DNA of 64,000 bases from NCBI GenBank assembly GCA_963745235.1, contig CAVUXE010000053.1, positions 64,001-128,000 of the forward strand, in the 5' to 3' direction. Origin of the DNA: an uncultured Spirochaetota bacterium (GTDB lineage Bacteria; Spirochaetota; Spirochaetia; SZUA-6; Fen-1364). How positions within the stretch are numbered: position 1 is the stretch's first letter; every line of letters begins with the position of its first letter. This document shows, one piece after another, positions 63,175 through 64,000 of the stretch. Under the pieces are notes generated by a model. The model saw only the letters and a program-made list of their open reading frames with translations, was not told the DNA's origin and did no database searches. The position numbers were made by a program, and so were the translations under genes.

Positions 63175-64000
63175 ATGAGCTATCCCCGCAACGATCAATT
63201 CTCTGAGTCTCACCCAATCGAGGACCAGGTCCCGGTTCTCGAGGGAGGGGAAGGAGATGGGGAAGGGACCCAGGACAGGCAGAAGCCGCACCAGCGGATC
63301 CTGAAGAGCAAGGGGTTCATTCCCACGGTCGTCGTGGTCGGGCTCGTCCTTTTCGTGCTCTTGAGCTCGCGCCTTGTCGGCCGTCCGCCGCAGATCGACT
63401 CCATCACCCCGACCAGCGGCAAACCGGGAGACGTGATGATCATCACGGGGCACTACTTCGGCTCCTCTCGCACGACGTCGGATGTGCGAATCTCCGGGGT
63501 GTCCCCGACTTCCTCCGACTACGTTGAGTGGACGGACACCCGAATCAGCGTGACCATCCCCGACGAGGCAACCTCCGGCATCGTCTATGTGATAACGAAG
63601 AACGGCCGCAGCGGAGGCCTTCTGTTCATCAATCGAGACCAGATCCCTGTCCTTGCCTCGGGGCCCGCGAAGCCCGGGGAGCCGTATGTGGGCTCCATCC
63701 AGCCCATGGCCGCGCAGGTGGGAGATACCATCACGATCTCCGGGATGAACTTCGGCCTGGAGAAAGGGGAATCGAAGGTCTACTTCACCTGGGGAGCCGG
63801 CTCGGTGGCCTCCTCCGGCGCGGGCATAGACCTCGTGGATATGCTGCCTGCCCGGGATTACAACATGGACTACATCTCGTGGTCGGACAGGGAGATCGTC
63901 CTTCAGGTGCCGGACGGGGCGGCATCAGGAAATGTCCTGGTGACCTCGGACAAGGGGCAGAGCAACTCGGTCTATTTCGAGGTGCTGGCGGGCGCGGGCG
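63175..64000 (+). CDS. IPT/TIG repeat membrane protein (partial, runs off the window)
   Basis: ATG right after the previous TAG; TM, then PQIDSITP..GKPGD..ITG..FG...WTDTRI and a second IPT repeat ending WSDREI...VPDGA. Confidence 0.85.
   Translation, partial: MSYPRNDQFSESHPIEDQVPVLEGGEGDGEGTQDRQKPHQRILKSKGFIPTVVVVGLVLFVLLSSRLVGRPPQIDSITPTSGKPGDVMIITGHYFGSSRTTSDVRISGVSPTSSDYVEWTDTRISVTIPDEATSGIVYVITKNGRSGGLLFINRDQIPVLASGPAKPGEPYVGSIQPMAAQVGDTITISGMNFGLEKGESKVYFTWGAGSVASSGAGIDLVDMLPARDYNMDYISWSDREIVLQVPDGAASGNVLVTSDKGQSNSVYFEVLAGAG

Noticed and set aside
59145-64000. murB-cysS-ECF-anti-sigma-IPT block as a novel system
   Set aside because: The core matches known spirochaete synteny; the last gene is incomplete, so nothing further can be claimed.

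Overview
GC-rich bacterial chromosomal window, most likely from a free-living anaerobic spirochaete. The basis is the murB-cysS-ECF sigma-anti-sigma synteny as in Treponema, a fused pyrBI, an XPB helicase and Treponema-like lipoproteins and outer-membrane proteins. About 20 otherwise intact genes carry 1-nt frameshifts, mostly in G/C runs, and araB has an in-frame TAG. This points to an unpolished long-read assembly, so those genes are called as CDSs, not pseudogenes. Content in order: parvulin; purine-catabolism genes (ygfM-xdhD-ygeW, mocA, adenosine deaminase); a hybrid kinase; pfkA directly abutting an archaeal-type GAPOR (glyceraldehyde-3-phosphate:ferredoxin oxidoreductase) homolog; an MNT-HEPN toxin-antitoxin pair; two secreted vWA proteins; an arabinose operon with a non-AraA isomerase; lactate/organic-acid transporters; XPB plus partner; sugar-acid kinases; pyrimidine genes; ackA; murB; cysS; and an ECF sigma module. 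I found no rRNA, tRNA, CRISPR array, transposase or prophage. The two best leads are the pfkA-GAPOR operon and a recurrent leaderless-gene architecture (a -10 box 5-7 nt before the start codon, with no SD). All family calls are from motif recognition by eye; no searches were run.
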